A DNA stretch of 64,000 nucleotides, taken from Ornithinimicrobium sp. (GTDB taxonomy: Bacteria; Actinomycetota; Actinomycetes; Actinomycetales; Dermatophilaceae). The stretch's first letter is position 1. Every line of letters starts with the position of its first letter. This document shows, piece by piece, positions 1 to 9,227 of this stretch. The notes below the pieces were generated by a model. It was given only the letters and a program-made list of their open reading frames with translations. It did not search any database and was not told the origin of the DNA. The stretch covers positions 18,797-82,796 of the forward strand of contig NZ_DATFMA010000052.1 in assembly GCF_035267225.1 (NCBI RefSeq), read 5' to 3'. A program made the position numbers and the translations under genes.

Positions 1-929
1 GAGACGGCCCGTCGGCGGGGCGTCAGATGGATGCCGGCCAGCATGCACCGCACCGACCCGCCGGCCAGCTCGATGGTGGGCACCTCGACGTCGACGATGC
101 GGCAGCTGCGCTGGAGCACCTCGACCTGAGCGCGGTCCAGGCACGCGCGCGCCCGCCGCGACATCACCAGCAGGTGTCCGTCCGGGCCGTGCAGCTCGAT
201 CGCGTTGCCGGCGAACTCGTGCACCTGTTCAGGGCGCAGCGCCACCAGCTCGCGCCCGGAGTCCTCGACCGCAGCGACCACCTCGGCGCGGCGGCGCCGG
301 TCGGCGACCATGTCGATGCCGATGATGACGAAGTGGGTGCCGATGCACATCATGACGTTGGTGTGGTAGATCGGTTGCCCGCTGGAGTCGACGGCCTCAA
401 AGACCAGCGACTCGTAGCCGAAGCGGGTGCAGAACCGCTCGAGGGCCATCGGGTTCGCTCGGTTGGATCGGGCGGCATACACCACACGGTTCACGTGGTC
501 CAGCACCATCGCCCCGGTTCCCTCCAGGAAGATCTGGTCGTACTCCAGGCCCGAGTAGTCGGCCACCTCCTGCACCCGGTAGCTGCGTTTCAGCATCTCG
601 ATGATGTCGGTCCGCCGTTCGATCCGCCGGCTCTCCGAGTGCATCGGGTAGATCGCCACGTAGCCGCCCGCGTGGGTGGAGAACCAGTTGTTCGGGAAGA
701 CGCTGTCCGGGTGGGTGGCCAGCTCGTTCTCGAAGACGTGCACCCGGATGCCCTCCCGGGTCAGGGTCTCGGCCACCCCGGTGACCTCGGCGTAGGCGTC
801 CCGGGCGATCTGCTCGGCGCTTCGCGAGGGGTCCAGGGCCTGGAAGGCGTTGTCGACGGCGGTGGCCGGGTTGGGCGTGAAGTGGTGCGGGCGGATGAGC
901 AGGACGGCCGCGGGAGCTTGGGTGGACAC
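1..929 (-). CDS. ctlX: Citrulline utilization hydrolase CtlX / amidinotransferase-fold protein (3' end runs off the window)
   Basis: Hand translation from GTG 929: STQAPAAVLLIRPHHFTPNPATAVDNAFQ... ending ...TIELAGGSVRCMLAGIHL, typical N- and C-terminal motifs of the pentein family including the catalytic Cys. Missing from the ORF track because there is no stop in the window. Confidence 0.85.
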   Translation of the reverse strand, partial: MSTQAPAAVLLIRPHHFTPNPATAVDNAFQALDPSRSAEQIARDAYAEVTGVAETLTREGIRVHVFENELATHPDSVFPNNWFSTHAGGYVAIYPMHSESRRIERRTDIIEMLKRSYRVQEVADYSGLEYDQIFLEGTGAMVLDHVNRVVYAARSNRANPMALERFCTRFGYESLVFEAVDSSGQPIYHTNVMMCIGTHFVIIGIDMVADRRRRAEVVAAVEDSGRELVALRPEQVHEFAGNAIELHGPDGHLLVMSRRARACLDRAQVEVLQRSCRIVDVEVPTIELAGGSVRCMLAGIHLTPRRRAV

Positions 930-979
930 GCGGTCAGTATGCCTGCGCCCGCGGTCGCGCACGCACGAGTCGGCATGAC

Positions 980-2047
980 TCAGCGCAGAGTGGAGGTGGC
1001 TTCCACGAACGCCTCGCGCGCGGCGGCGAAGGCTCCGGTACGCGAGGCCAGATCGACGAGCAACGGGGTGAAGTCGGCCGAGAAGCTCACGCTGGCCTCG
1101 CGCGGCAGGAGCGAGGGCAGGTTGTCGATGGCGATCACGTCCAGGGGCCCACCGGTCGAGCTCTCGCCGAAGCGGCGGACCGGCTCGTCCCACGTGGTGG
1201 TGGCCGTGTTGAGCGGGATGAGGTTCGCCTCCGAGGTCACGTCGCAGGTCACGTCACCGATCACCCGGAGCCGCCGTGGCGCGTCGAGGTCCCGCGGGCG
1301 CACGAAGGGCTCCTGGCGGCCATAGGAGACGACGCAGTTGACCAGTAGGTCGTGGTCCAGCAGCCGCGCCCGGTCCAGCTCGCGGGTCTGGTCGATACCC
1401 CACCTGCTGATCTCCCAACCGACCCGGCCCAGCGCGTCCACCGCCCCACGGCCACTGCGACCGCGGGCGCCGAGAACCAGCGCGGAGCCGGGGGAGGAGG
1501 ACGACTGGGCGACGGCGTCGTCCAGGTCGAGCCTGGTGGCGGGCGCCAGCGGCGCCACCAGGGCTCCACGGTGGGCCAGCACGGCCAGACTGGCCCCGAC
1601 GTACCCCGCCCAGTACCCGAAGGCGACCACGCGCCGCTGGTTCACCGCCAGGTACTCGATATCGACCAGCTCACCGCCACCGTCCACGAAGCGTCGCAGC
1701 AACGCCCGCGACCCCTCCTGCTCCTTGTAGGCGTGAGCGAAGTAGATGTGGGTATGGCGCAGGGTGGCCGGCTGTTCGTCCAGCTCCTTGATGCCGACCA
1801 CGTAGGTGGTCAGAGGTGCCTCCACCCAGGACCGCGGATCGGCCACCGCACAGCCCACGTGCTCGTACTCCTCGATGGCGAAGACCCGCTGATGGGACCG
1901 CTCGACGGTCAGCGTGGCGCCGTGGTTGACGATCGTGCGGGCGTCGTCGGGAGTGATCGGGGCACGCCGTTCGGTGGGGCGGCTCTCGTGGCGCATCCAC
2001 AGGTGGAGGCCGTGCAGGTCGGTGGAGGCGGTCCCGGTCACGAGCAC
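980..2047 (-). CDS. Saccharopine dehydrogenase (NAD+, L-lysine-forming), fungal Lys1-like; AlaDh/PNT superfamily
   Basis: HLWMRHESRPTERRAPITP, GIKEL, HIYFAHAYKEQ, DIEYL, FGYWAGYVGA, DVTCD, IDNLPSLLPREAS motifs. Start placed at GTG 2047 from a TAGGCT -10 box 6 nt upstream (ORF track gives 2053). Confidence 0.85.
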   Translation of the reverse strand: MLVTGTASTDLHGLHLWMRHESRPTERRAPITPDDARTIVNHGATLTVERSHQRVFAIEEYEHVGCAVADPRSWVEAPLTTYVVGIKELDEQPATLRHTHIYFAHAYKEQEGSRALLRRFVDGGGELVDIEYLAVNQRRVVAFGYWAGYVGASLAVLAHRGALVAPLAPATRLDLDDAVAQSSSSPGSALVLGARGRSGRGAVDALGRVGWEISRWGIDQTRELDRARLLDHDLLVNCVVSYGRQEPFVRPRDLDAPRRLRVIGDVTCDVTSEANLIPLNTATTTWDEPVRRFGESSTGGPLDVIAIDNLPSLLPREASVSFSADFTPLLVDLASRTGAFAAAREAFVEATSTLR

Positions 2048-2078
2048 GCGCACAGCCTACGGGGCGGACAATGGCGTC

Positions 2079-3224
2079 ATGCTCTGGGACGTGGCGATCG
2101 TCGGTGCCGGTCCGGCGGGCTCGACGGCGGCGGTCGCGGCGCTGCGGGCCCGCCCGGATGCGCGGGTGCTGCTCCTGGACCGAGCGGACTTCCCTCGCGA
2201 CAAGGCGTGCGGCGACGGCATCGCTCCCCACGTGTTCGACGTCTGGAGCGCGATCGACGAGCCGCTCGACATCCCCGACCACCCTGAGGTGTGGTCACTG
2301 TCGCTGGACAGCGGACGGGTCCGCGTCCGGCGGGAGATGGCTCGCCCCGCGCGTGTGGTGCCGAGGACGACCTTCGACGACGCGCTGGTCGAGCGGGCAG
2401 TGCGACGAGGGGCCGTGCTGCGTCGCCACCGCGTGCGACAGGTGGACGTGACCGCCGATCACGTGGTGCTGGACGAACAGATCGCGGCCCGTGCCGTCGT
2501 CGCGGCCGACGGTGCGCACTCGGCTGTGGCGCGCCTAGCGGGCGCGACGGGCTGCTTCGCGGGTCGCTCGGCGTTCGCGCTGCGGGGGTACGCCCCGACA
2601 CCCGACTCCCGCCGAGGCATGCAGATCATCCGGTTCGGGCTCGAGCGTCAGCCCTCCTACGCCTGGTCCTTCGACTGCGGGGACGGCTGGTCCAACGTGG
2701 GATACGGCGAGGTGGTCCGGCAACGGCCCGGGCAGGCGCCGCTCACTCGGGAGCTGATGGTGCGAGGGGTCGAGATGCTGCTGCCGGGCGCCACGGACGG
2801 GGCAGTGCGATGGCTCGGGCATCACCTGCCGCTGTCCCGGGCTCGCTTCAACCACCCGGCGGGGCGGATCGTGTTCGCCGGCGACGCCGCGGGCCTGGTC
2901 AACCCGCTGACCGGGGAGGGCATCTACTACGCCGTCGCGACCGGGGCGCTGGCCGGGCGATGCGCGGTCACTCTGGCTCCGCACCTGCTGGGGCGGCGCT
3001 ACGAGAGCGTGGTGCGTCGCCTGCTCGCACGGCATCTACGCACCACGGCGACCGCTGCGAGGTTGGCTGGCCGGCCGCGGCTGCTCGACGTCGGCCTCAC
3101 GGCCGCCAGCGGCGACCAGCATGCGTTCGACGCGCTCGTGGAGATCGGGCTGGGCGCGGGGGTGGTGTCCCCGCGGCTGGTGTCGAGCCTGGCCAGAGCC
3201 GGGTCCGCCGCTGTGCTCAGATGA
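2079..3224 (+). CDS. Geranylgeranyl reductase-family NAD(P)/FAD-dependent oxidoreductase
   Basis: DVAIVGAGPAGS Rossmann motif, FPRDKACGDG, AGDAAGLVNPLTGEGIYYA. Confidence 0.85.
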   Translation: MLWDVAIVGAGPAGSTAAVAALRARPDARVLLLDRADFPRDKACGDGIAPHVFDVWSAIDEPLDIPDHPEVWSLSLDSGRVRVRREMARPARVVPRTTFDDALVERAVRRGAVLRRHRVRQVDVTADHVVLDEQIAARAVVAADGAHSAVARLAGATGCFAGRSAFALRGYAPTPDSRRGMQIIRFGLERQPSYAWSFDCGDGWSNVGYGEVVRQRPGQAPLTRELMVRGVEMLLPGATDGAVRWLGHHLPLSRARFNHPAGRIVFAGDAAGLVNPLTGEGIYYAVATGALAGRCAVTLAPHLLGRRYESVVRRLLARHLRTTATAARLAGRPRLLDVGLTAASGDQHAFDALVEIGLGAGVVSPRLVSSLARAGSAAVLR

Positions 3225-3891
3225 CGCCGAAGCCCTGGAGCGCCTTGGCCACGAACCAGGTGCCGAAGACCAGAGAGACCACGATCATGATGATCCGGTT
3301 GTTGTCCTCGAGCCATTGACCCACCACGGCCAGCACCTCGGCCGACTTCGCCGGTACGGCGAACGCCACGACGAGCACGGCGACGTGCAGACCCTCCGCC
3401 AGCACGACGAACAGCAGGAACACCAGCGTGCTCACGGGCTGGCCGACCGGGGACGCCTGGATGGCGGCGATGGCTCCCAGGGTGAACACCCAGAACTTGG
3501 GGGCGATCGCAAGCGTCAGCACCCCGAACCCGAAGGCACCCACGGGGCCCACGGTCTGCGTCATCGTCAGCCACTTCGGCGGCGGGTCGTCCGGGTCAGG
3601 ATCCTTGCGGATGCTCCGGACGCCGGAGACGAGGAAGAGCAGACCCATGATCAGCAGGATGACCGACGTCCGCGTGGTGTGGTCGTCCGAAGACATCGAG
3701 CTCCCGGAGGACAGGAGGATCCCGAAGAGGAGCCCTTGCAGCAGCCGGACCGTCGTCAGACCCCCGACGTAGCCGACCGCCGTCCGCCGCCCCTTCTCAG
3801 ACCGCAGCAGCAACACGGTGATGAGGACCTGGACCGGCACGAGGGCGCTGCCGATGATGATCGGCAGAAGGGTGGTCCACAACGATGTCAT
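3217..3891 (-). CDS. GAP/Sap family membrane protein (glycolipid-addressing protein-like)
   Basis: About six hydrophobic segments; DPDPDDPPPKWL loop, PK motif, and WLEDNNRIIMIVVSLVFG C-terminus typical of the family. Confidence 0.7.
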   Translation of the reverse strand: MTSLWTTLLPIIIGSALVPVQVLITVLLLRSEKGRRTAVGYVGGLTTVRLLQGLLFGILLSSGSSMSSDDHTTRTSVILLIMGLLFLVSGVRSIRKDPDPDDPPPKWLTMTQTVGPVGAFGFGVLTLAIAPKFWVFTLGAIAAIQASPVGQPVSTLVFLLFVVLAEGLHVAVLVVAFAVPAKSAEVLAVVGQWLEDNNRIIMIVVSLVFGTWFVAKALQGFGVI

Positions 3892-3927
3892 GACAGCGCC
3901 CTCTTCGTGCCTGCCGCGACTGCGTGC

Positions 3928-6900
3928 TCAGCCACTGCCCCCCCAGATGTCCTCGACGAACCGGTCCTGCGCCCGCAGGTCGGCCAGCCATTGCTCGGCC
4001 TGCTCCTCCGAGGAACCGGTGTGGTCGCGGTAGATCTGGCGCAAGGCGGCCCGCACCCCGGGGGCCATCGTGTTGGCGTTGCCGCAGATGAACACCGCCG
4101 CGCCCTGCTCCAGCAGCTCCCAGATCTCGTCGGCGCGGTAGGCCATCTCGTGCTGCACCCACGCCCGGCCCTCCACCGGCTCGCTGGAGTAGACGGTGTA
4201 CACCGTGGCTACCCCGTCACGCTGGTAGGCCGCCATCTCCTCGGCGTAGATATCGTCACTGGGCTCCCGGCACCCGAAGAAGACCAGTGACCGGCCGACC
4301 TCGGCCCCGTCCGCCTGCTCGGCGGCACGCTCCTGCAGGAAGCCCCGGAACGGCGCGAGCCCGGTGCCCGCGCCGACCATGATCATGGGCACCGAGGGGT
4401 CTTTTGGTGGGTGGAACGCAATGGTGGGCGTCCGCGTGAAGGCGAACACCGTGGCCCCCGGAGCCATGCCAGCCAGGTAGTTCGTGGCCACGCCAGCGAA
4501 CACCCCGTCGCGTCCGCGGTTGGGCCCGCGCACGACGGCTGCGGTGATGGCCGGTGCACGCGCGTCCGAGCGGGGGGAGGAGGAGATGGAGTAGTACCGC
4601 GGGCGCAACGGCGGCAACAGGTCCAGGTACTCCTCGAATGGCAACGCGCAGGAGGGGTTCTCCTCGAGCAGGTCGAGGACCGAGCGGTACGGCTGGACAA
4701 TCTGGCTGCGGTACCGCACCTGCGCCTCCTCGTCCTCGCCGATCAGGGCCTCCAACGCCGCACGCTCGCGAGGGTCCTCTGTGTACCGGGCGAGAGTCTC
4801 GATGCTGTCCCGGTTGGCCATGTCCTGCAGCTCGACGCAGGTGCCGAGCACCGCGAGCAACGGCACCGGCTCGTCGGTCGGCAGGTGCGTCTGGGTGCCG
4901 GGCTTCTCGGTGATGGTGATGAACATCCCGGCGTCGAGAGTGAAGCGAGCCATGACCCGCCGGATGAGCGAGATGTCGTTGCGCGGGACCACCCCGAGGT
5001 GGTCGCCGGCAGCGTAGGAGAACCCGTCGGGCAGTGCCACCTCCAAGTGCCGCACGGATCGGGCCAGCGGACTGCCGTTGGTGCTCTTCTCGAGCTCGCG
5101 GTTGACCGTCACCCGCGACGGAGCCGCCTCGTACGACATGACGACCGGGTTGGACGTCTGCTGGTTGACCGTCGTGACGCTCAGGCGAGGGCCGGTGTTC
5201 ACGGCCTGCGACGCCGTGTCCGGCAGGTCGAGAGCCTGCGCCAGGTCCGCCCAGAGCTCCTTGTGCCACGAGCGGTACTCGCCGTCGAAGTCGCCCCCGA
5301 CGTTGCCCTCTCCTCGGGGGTGCACGCGGGTCCCTCCGTGGGCCTCCAGCGCCGCATCCAGGTCGGTCGGAACCTTCTGGTACGTCGCGGCCCAGTCGCG
5401 GTCCCCGCATCCGAAGACGGCGAACCGGCCCCCGGAGAAGACGTCGCCCGGTGTCGCCGGCTCGGCCATCCACTCGACGAAGTCGCGGGCGTTCTCCGGC
5501 GGCATGCCGTTGTAGGACGACGCCACGACCAGCGTGGCTCCCTCGGTGGGCAGCTGCCGCGCGACCTCGTCCAGCGAGGCCAGGGTGACGTCGTACCCCC
5601 GCTCGGTGCCTTCAGCAGCGAGCTTGGTGGCGATCCCCTCGGCGGTGCCGAGGTTCGAGCCGTAGAGGACCCGCAGCGGCGTGGCGTGGTACTCCACGCC
5701 GGGGAGCACCGAGACCGCCGTCCCTTCGTCCTCGGCAGACTCCTTCCCGGCTGCGTCTGGGCCGCTGTGGTCGAGCTCGAAGCCGGGCCGGGGGACGATC
5801 CGGGCGTAGAACTCGTCGGGCTTGATCGTCAGCGCCGTCTTCAGCTTGAGCTCGTAGTCGAGCGCGTCCTCGATGTCGAAGCGCTGCACGACCATCCCCA
5901 GGATGAGCGCCGCCTCCTGGAGGGCGAACTGACGGCCGATGCAGGCCCGCATCCCCGTGCCGAACGGCTTGTAGCCGTGGACCGACCTTTCGGCCTTGCG
6001 CTCGGGGGACATGTGGTCGGGGTTGAACTCCAGCGCGTCCTCGCCGTACAGCTCGGTGCTGCGGTGCAGCATTGGCGTCAGGACGGTGACCGGAGTCTCG
6101 GCAGGGACCTCGTACATGCCTCCGAGCAGGGTGTCCTCGGACGGAGCCCGGTTGAACACGGGGGCCGTCGGCCAGAGGCGCAGCGACTCCTCCAGCACCT
6201 GGGTGATGTAGGTCAGCGAGTGCACCTGCTCGTACGTCGGCCAGGCGTCGTTTCCGAACACCTCGTCGACCTCCGCCCGGGCTCGCTCGAAGTACTCCGG
6301 GTTCTTCATGAGGAAGTACAACGTGAACGAGAGCAGGCCGCTGGTCGTCTCGTGGCCGGCGATGAGGAAGGTGAGGCACTGGGCGACGATGTTGTAGTCC
6401 GGCAGGCGCTGGCCGGTGCGAGGGTCGACACCGGTGAGCATGACTCCGAGGAGGTCGGACTGGTCTGCCTGTGCACCAGCGGCTCGGCGCCGGTCGATGA
6501 GCCCCTGTACCAGGCTCTTCATGTACTCCTGGTCGTCGTCGAGGCGCCGCCGCTCGCGGATGCGCATCTTGTTGGCCACCGACGGCCTCTTCTGCATGTC
6601 CTGTGCGGCCAGCAGTGTGCGCACCATGGCCCCGACGAAGGGGTGGAGCGACTCGCGGTGCAGGCTGTTGAACCGGTAGCCGAACCCGCACAGCGCGATG
6701 GTGTCGAGGGTCACGGAGGTCATGTCGTCGGTGATGTGCACGACGTTGTCGTCGTCGTTGAGCCGGGCCCACTTCGTCATCAGCTGGTCGGCGATGTCGA
6801 GCATGGCCGGCATGTAGTTCCGCATCGACGCCTGGCTGAACGGCGCCATGAGGATGTTGTGCGCCTGCTGCCAGATCGGGTCGTCGTTGGCGGTGGTGAA

Positions 6901-7176
6901 CAGGCCGCTGCCGGCCGCGCTATGGCTCGCCTGCTCGACCCCGCCGGCCAGCTTCTTGTGGAAGGTGGTGTCGTCGCAGACCTGGTCGACCATGCCCGGG
7001 TCGCTCACGAAGACCCGGGACTGCCCGGCCAGGGAGATCTTGAAGACCGGCCCGTGCTCCTCGCTCAGCTTCATCAGGCCTTCGATCGGGCTCGACATGT
7101 CCAGGTCGAAGATGTTGCCGAGGAGCGGCACGCCTTTGGGTCCTGGGATCTCGTCGAATGGAATGCTGTCCGCCAT
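3928..7176 (-). CDS. cyp102: Bifunctional cytochrome P450 / NADPH-P450 reductase, CYP102 (BM3-like)
   Basis: 1082 aa; FLIAGHETT I-helix, EESLR ExxR, PFGTGMRACIG heme ligand, LYGSNLGTAEG FMN loop, RYYSISSS, MVGAGTGLAPFRGF, C-terminal DIW. Confidence 0.95.
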   Translation of the reverse strand: MADSIPFDEIPGPKGVPLLGNIFDLDMSSPIEGLMKLSEEHGPVFKISLAGQSRVFVSDPGMVDQVCDDTTFHKKLAGGVEQASHSAAGSGLFTTANDDPIWQQAHNILMAPFSQASMRNYMPAMLDIADQLMTKWARLNDDDNVVHITDDMTSVTLDTIALCGFGYRFNSLHRESLHPFVGAMVRTLLAAQDMQKRPSVANKMRIRERRRLDDDQEYMKSLVQGLIDRRRAAGAQADQSDLLGVMLTGVDPRTGQRLPDYNIVAQCLTFLIAGHETTSGLLSFTLYFLMKNPEYFERARAEVDEVFGNDAWPTYEQVHSLTYITQVLEESLRLWPTAPVFNRAPSEDTLLGGMYEVPAETPVTVLTPMLHRSTELYGEDALEFNPDHMSPERKAERSVHGYKPFGTGMRACIGRQFALQEAALILGMVVQRFDIEDALDYELKLKTALTIKPDEFYARIVPRPGFELDHSGPDAAGKESAEDEGTAVSVLPGVEYHATPLRVLYGSNLGTAEGIATKLAAEGTERGYDVTLASLDEVARQLPTEGATLVVASSYNGMPPENARDFVEWMAEPATPGDVFSGGRFAVFGCGDRDWAATYQKVPTDLDAALEAHGGTRVHPRGEGNVGGDFDGEYRSWHKELWADLAQALDLPDTASQAVNTGPRLSVTTVNQQTSNPVVMSYEAAPSRVTVNRELEKSTNGSPLARSVRHLEVALPDGFSYAAGDHLGVVPRNDISLIRRVMARFTLDAGMFITITEKPGTQTHLPTDEPVPLLAVLGTCVELQDMANRDSIETLARYTEDPRERAALEALIGEDEEAQVRYRSQIVQPYRSVLDLLEENPSCALPFEEYLDLLPPLRPRYYSISSSPRSDARAPAITAAVVRGPNRGRDGVFAGVATNYLAGMAPGATVFAFTRTPTIAFHPPKDPSVPMIMVGAGTGLAPFRGFLQERAAEQADGAEVGRSLVFFGCREPSDDIYAEEMAAYQRDGVATVYTVYSSEPVEGRAWVQHEMAYRADEIWELLEQGAAVFICGNANTMAPGVRAALRQIYRDHTGSSEEQAEQWLADLRAQDRFVEDIWGGSG

Positions 7177-7262
7177 GTGGGCCCTCCCGCTGCGTCCACT
7201 GCCCCGGCCACCGTGACCGAGGCCGAGACCGCCCGTTTCCCCGCCCTTGCCCGCGCGGAAGC

Positions 7263-7317
7263 CGAGTCGAGCGTGACTCGAGGTCCTGACACGAGTCCCT
7301 GCGATCTCGTGTCAAGG
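7263..7317. promoter_or_regulatory. Two inverted repeats upstream of cyp102; one overlaps a minus-strand TTGACA
   Basis: CGAGTC-N6-GACTCG (7263-7280) and TGACACGAG-N10-CTCGTGTCA (7287-7314); TTGACA on the minus strand at 7310-7315. Confidence 0.45.
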
Positions 7318-7473
7318 AATGTTGCCACAGAATCCCCGACGAGACACCTGCTCAGAGGCCCGAGTGACCGGTGGGGCGACATCGGCCTTTCGGGTGGGCA
7401 GGACGCCGACATCCTGACACCATCGGTGCATCACCGGGCCGTGCAGCGGCGGCCCCCTCGAGAGGAGCCCGGA

Positions 7474-8139
7474 ATGAGCAGCACCCCGAACGAGCGCGGC
7501 TACGACGAGGACTCCGGTGATCGCACCCAACGGGTGCCGCAGTCCGAACGGACCTCCGGTGGGGGGTACTACGACGACCGGGACCGAGACCGCGAGTCGT
7601 TCGGCCGGGACATCGACCGTGAGCGGGAGGCCCACGGCGGCATCAAGTGGGGAGCGGCGTTCTTCGGATGGCTCACCGCCGTCGGCACCGCGGTATTTCT
7701 GGCCACCGCCGCCGCTGCCGCCGGAGCCCTTGTCGACGCGTTGACCAACACTGATCTGCAGGCCGTGACCGACGAGCCGGAGCAAGCCGGGGTGGTCGGA
7801 CTCGTGGCTGCCGTGGTCGTCCTGATCATCGTCAACGTCTGCGGAGGATATGTCGCGGGCCGAATGGCTCGGTTCGACGGGGGGAGGCAGGGTGTCGGCG
7901 TGTGGATCTGGACCTTGGTGATGGGGGCGATCGTGGCTGCGCTGAGCGTCTTCCTGGGGTCGCGCTTCGACGTCGCCGCGCAGCTGCCGGCCATGCCGTC
8001 GGGCATACCGCTCATCGCCGGGGACCCCAACGTGACCGGGATCGTGGCGGGTGCGGTGGCCCTGCTCGTGGCTCTGTTCAGCGCCGTCATCGGGGGCAAG
8101 ATGGGAATGAGGTTTCATCGCAAGGTGGACCGCTACTAG
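7474..8139 (+). CDS. Hypothetical membrane protein with charged N-terminus and four TM segments
   Basis: GAGGAG SD before ATG 7474; D/R/E-rich N-terminus, then GGIKWGAAFFGW and GGYVAGRMAR hydrophobic segments. Confidence 0.75.
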   Translation: MSSTPNERGYDEDSGDRTQRVPQSERTSGGGYYDDRDRDRESFGRDIDREREAHGGIKWGAAFFGWLTAVGTAVFLATAAAAAGALVDALTNTDLQAVTDEPEQAGVVGLVAAVVVLIIVNVCGGYVAGRMARFDGGRQGVGVWIWTLVMGAIVAALSVFLGSRFDVAAQLPAMPSGIPLIAGDPNVTGIVAGAVALLVALFSAVIGGKMGMRFHRKVDRY

Positions 8140-8166
8140 CGCCGGCCGAACGCTCCTCGGCCTTGC

Positions 8167-8598
8167 TCAGGTCAACAGGGCGGCGCTGGAGGCCAGGACG
8201 GCGACCAACGCCCCCACCAGGCGGATGCGGTCGGCGAGGATGAGCTGACGGACCAGGTCGGCCCGCCACTCACGCCCTAGTTTCGAGTGCGTGGGGGCGG
8301 CCCCGAGCGCGGTCGCCGCGAACGTCAGGAGTACGCCGCCTACGGCAACCCAGACCCAGAGGTCGGCGGGCCGGTCCCAGAGTGCAGCGGCAACGCCGAG
8401 CAGAAGCCCAGCGTAGGTCAGCAGCACCACCGGGGTGATCGCCCGCGAGTGGGCGTCATGGGCCACCGACCACGCGCCGGGTTCCACCGCGGCGAGCGCG
8501 GGGTAGACCACACAGGTGACGGTGAGCTGAAAACCGGCGTGCAGAGTCGTTGCCACGACCAGGAGCACGACGCCCACGTCACTGCCGGCCCACGCCAC
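8167..8598 (-). CDS. DUF1772-like (anthrone oxygenase-like) membrane protein
   Basis: HAGFQLTVTCVVYPAL, AHDAHSRAITPVV, AAPTHSKL, ADRIR motifs; start refined to GTG 8598, just after the upstream stop. Confidence 0.55.
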   Translation of the reverse strand: MAWAGSDVGVVLLVVATTLHAGFQLTVTCVVYPALAAVEPGAWSVAHDAHSRAITPVVLLTYAGLLLGVAAALWDRPADLWVWVAVGGVLLTFAATALGAAPTHSKLGREWRADLVRQLILADRIRLVGALVAVLASSAALLT

Positions 8599-8608
8599 GG
8601 CCAGGTGC

Positions 8609-8878
8609 TCAGGCGGTCTTCTTCTTCCCCGACATACCCTCAGCGACACCGATCAGCAGCACCGCCGCCACGAAGGCGACGATCGCTCCGAGGATGTTCA
8701 GCTCGAAGATGTCACCAGTGCCGAAGAAGCTGGCGACAAGCCCGCCGATGACCGATCCCGCGATGCCGAGCAGCAGGGTACCGAGGATGCTCAGGTTCTG
8801 GCGGCCTGGCTTGATGAGCCGGGCCACGGCCCCCACGACGAGCCCGAAGATCAGGAACCCGATGATGTCGATGATCAC
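8609..8878 (-). CDS. GlsB/YeaQ/YmgE family stress-response membrane protein
   Basis: IIGFLIFGLVVGAVARLIKPG...LLGIAGSVIGG pattern. Confidence 0.85.
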   Translation of the reverse strand: MIIDIIGFLIFGLVVGAVARLIKPGRQNLSILGTLLLGIAGSVIGGLVASFFGTGDIFELNILGAIVAFVAAVLLIGVAEGMSGKKKTA

Positions 8879-8968
8879 GTACTACTCCTAGACGAGGTCC
8901 GCGCCGCACATCGGCGCGAGGTCGAGCCGCCCACGGTACGCGACGATCGACATCGACCTGACCGAGTC

Positions 8969-9172
8969 TCAGCGCGGCGAGAGAGCAGACTCCTTGTGCG
9001 CGGCCTGGGAGCCGGTCTTCTCGGACTCCACGATGTAGTAGGGGTCGTCGTCGGTGGGCCGGAAGTTCTGGCCCTTGAACTCGAAGTCCTGGACACGCTT
9101 CTGCTTCACCACACCTTCGGTGGTGCCCTGCGACGTCTTCCAGGTGACCTTGTCTCCATTGCTGAATGCCAT
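8969..9172 (-). CDS. DUF2945 (HVA1 Tudor-like) small protein
   Basis: GDKVTW...G.V...DDPYYIVESEKTG..AAHKESAL signature. Confidence 0.85.
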   Translation of the reverse strand: MAFSNGDKVTWKTSQGTTEGVVKQKRVQDFEFKGQNFRPTDDDPYYIVESEKTGSQAAHKESALSPR

Positions 9173-9227
9173 ATCCCGATGGTAGGAGCACCGGTCACGG
9201 GCCGATGCGCCGCCCCTCGCCGCATTC

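Noticed and set aside
27-1325. 432-aa plus-strand ORF, and other long opposite-strand ORFs such as 4411..8139, 42193..44673 extension and 58673..61990
   Set aside because: Shadow ORFs caused by high GC and few stop codons. They overlap genes with clear family motifs and have none of their own; only the embedded real genes were kept.
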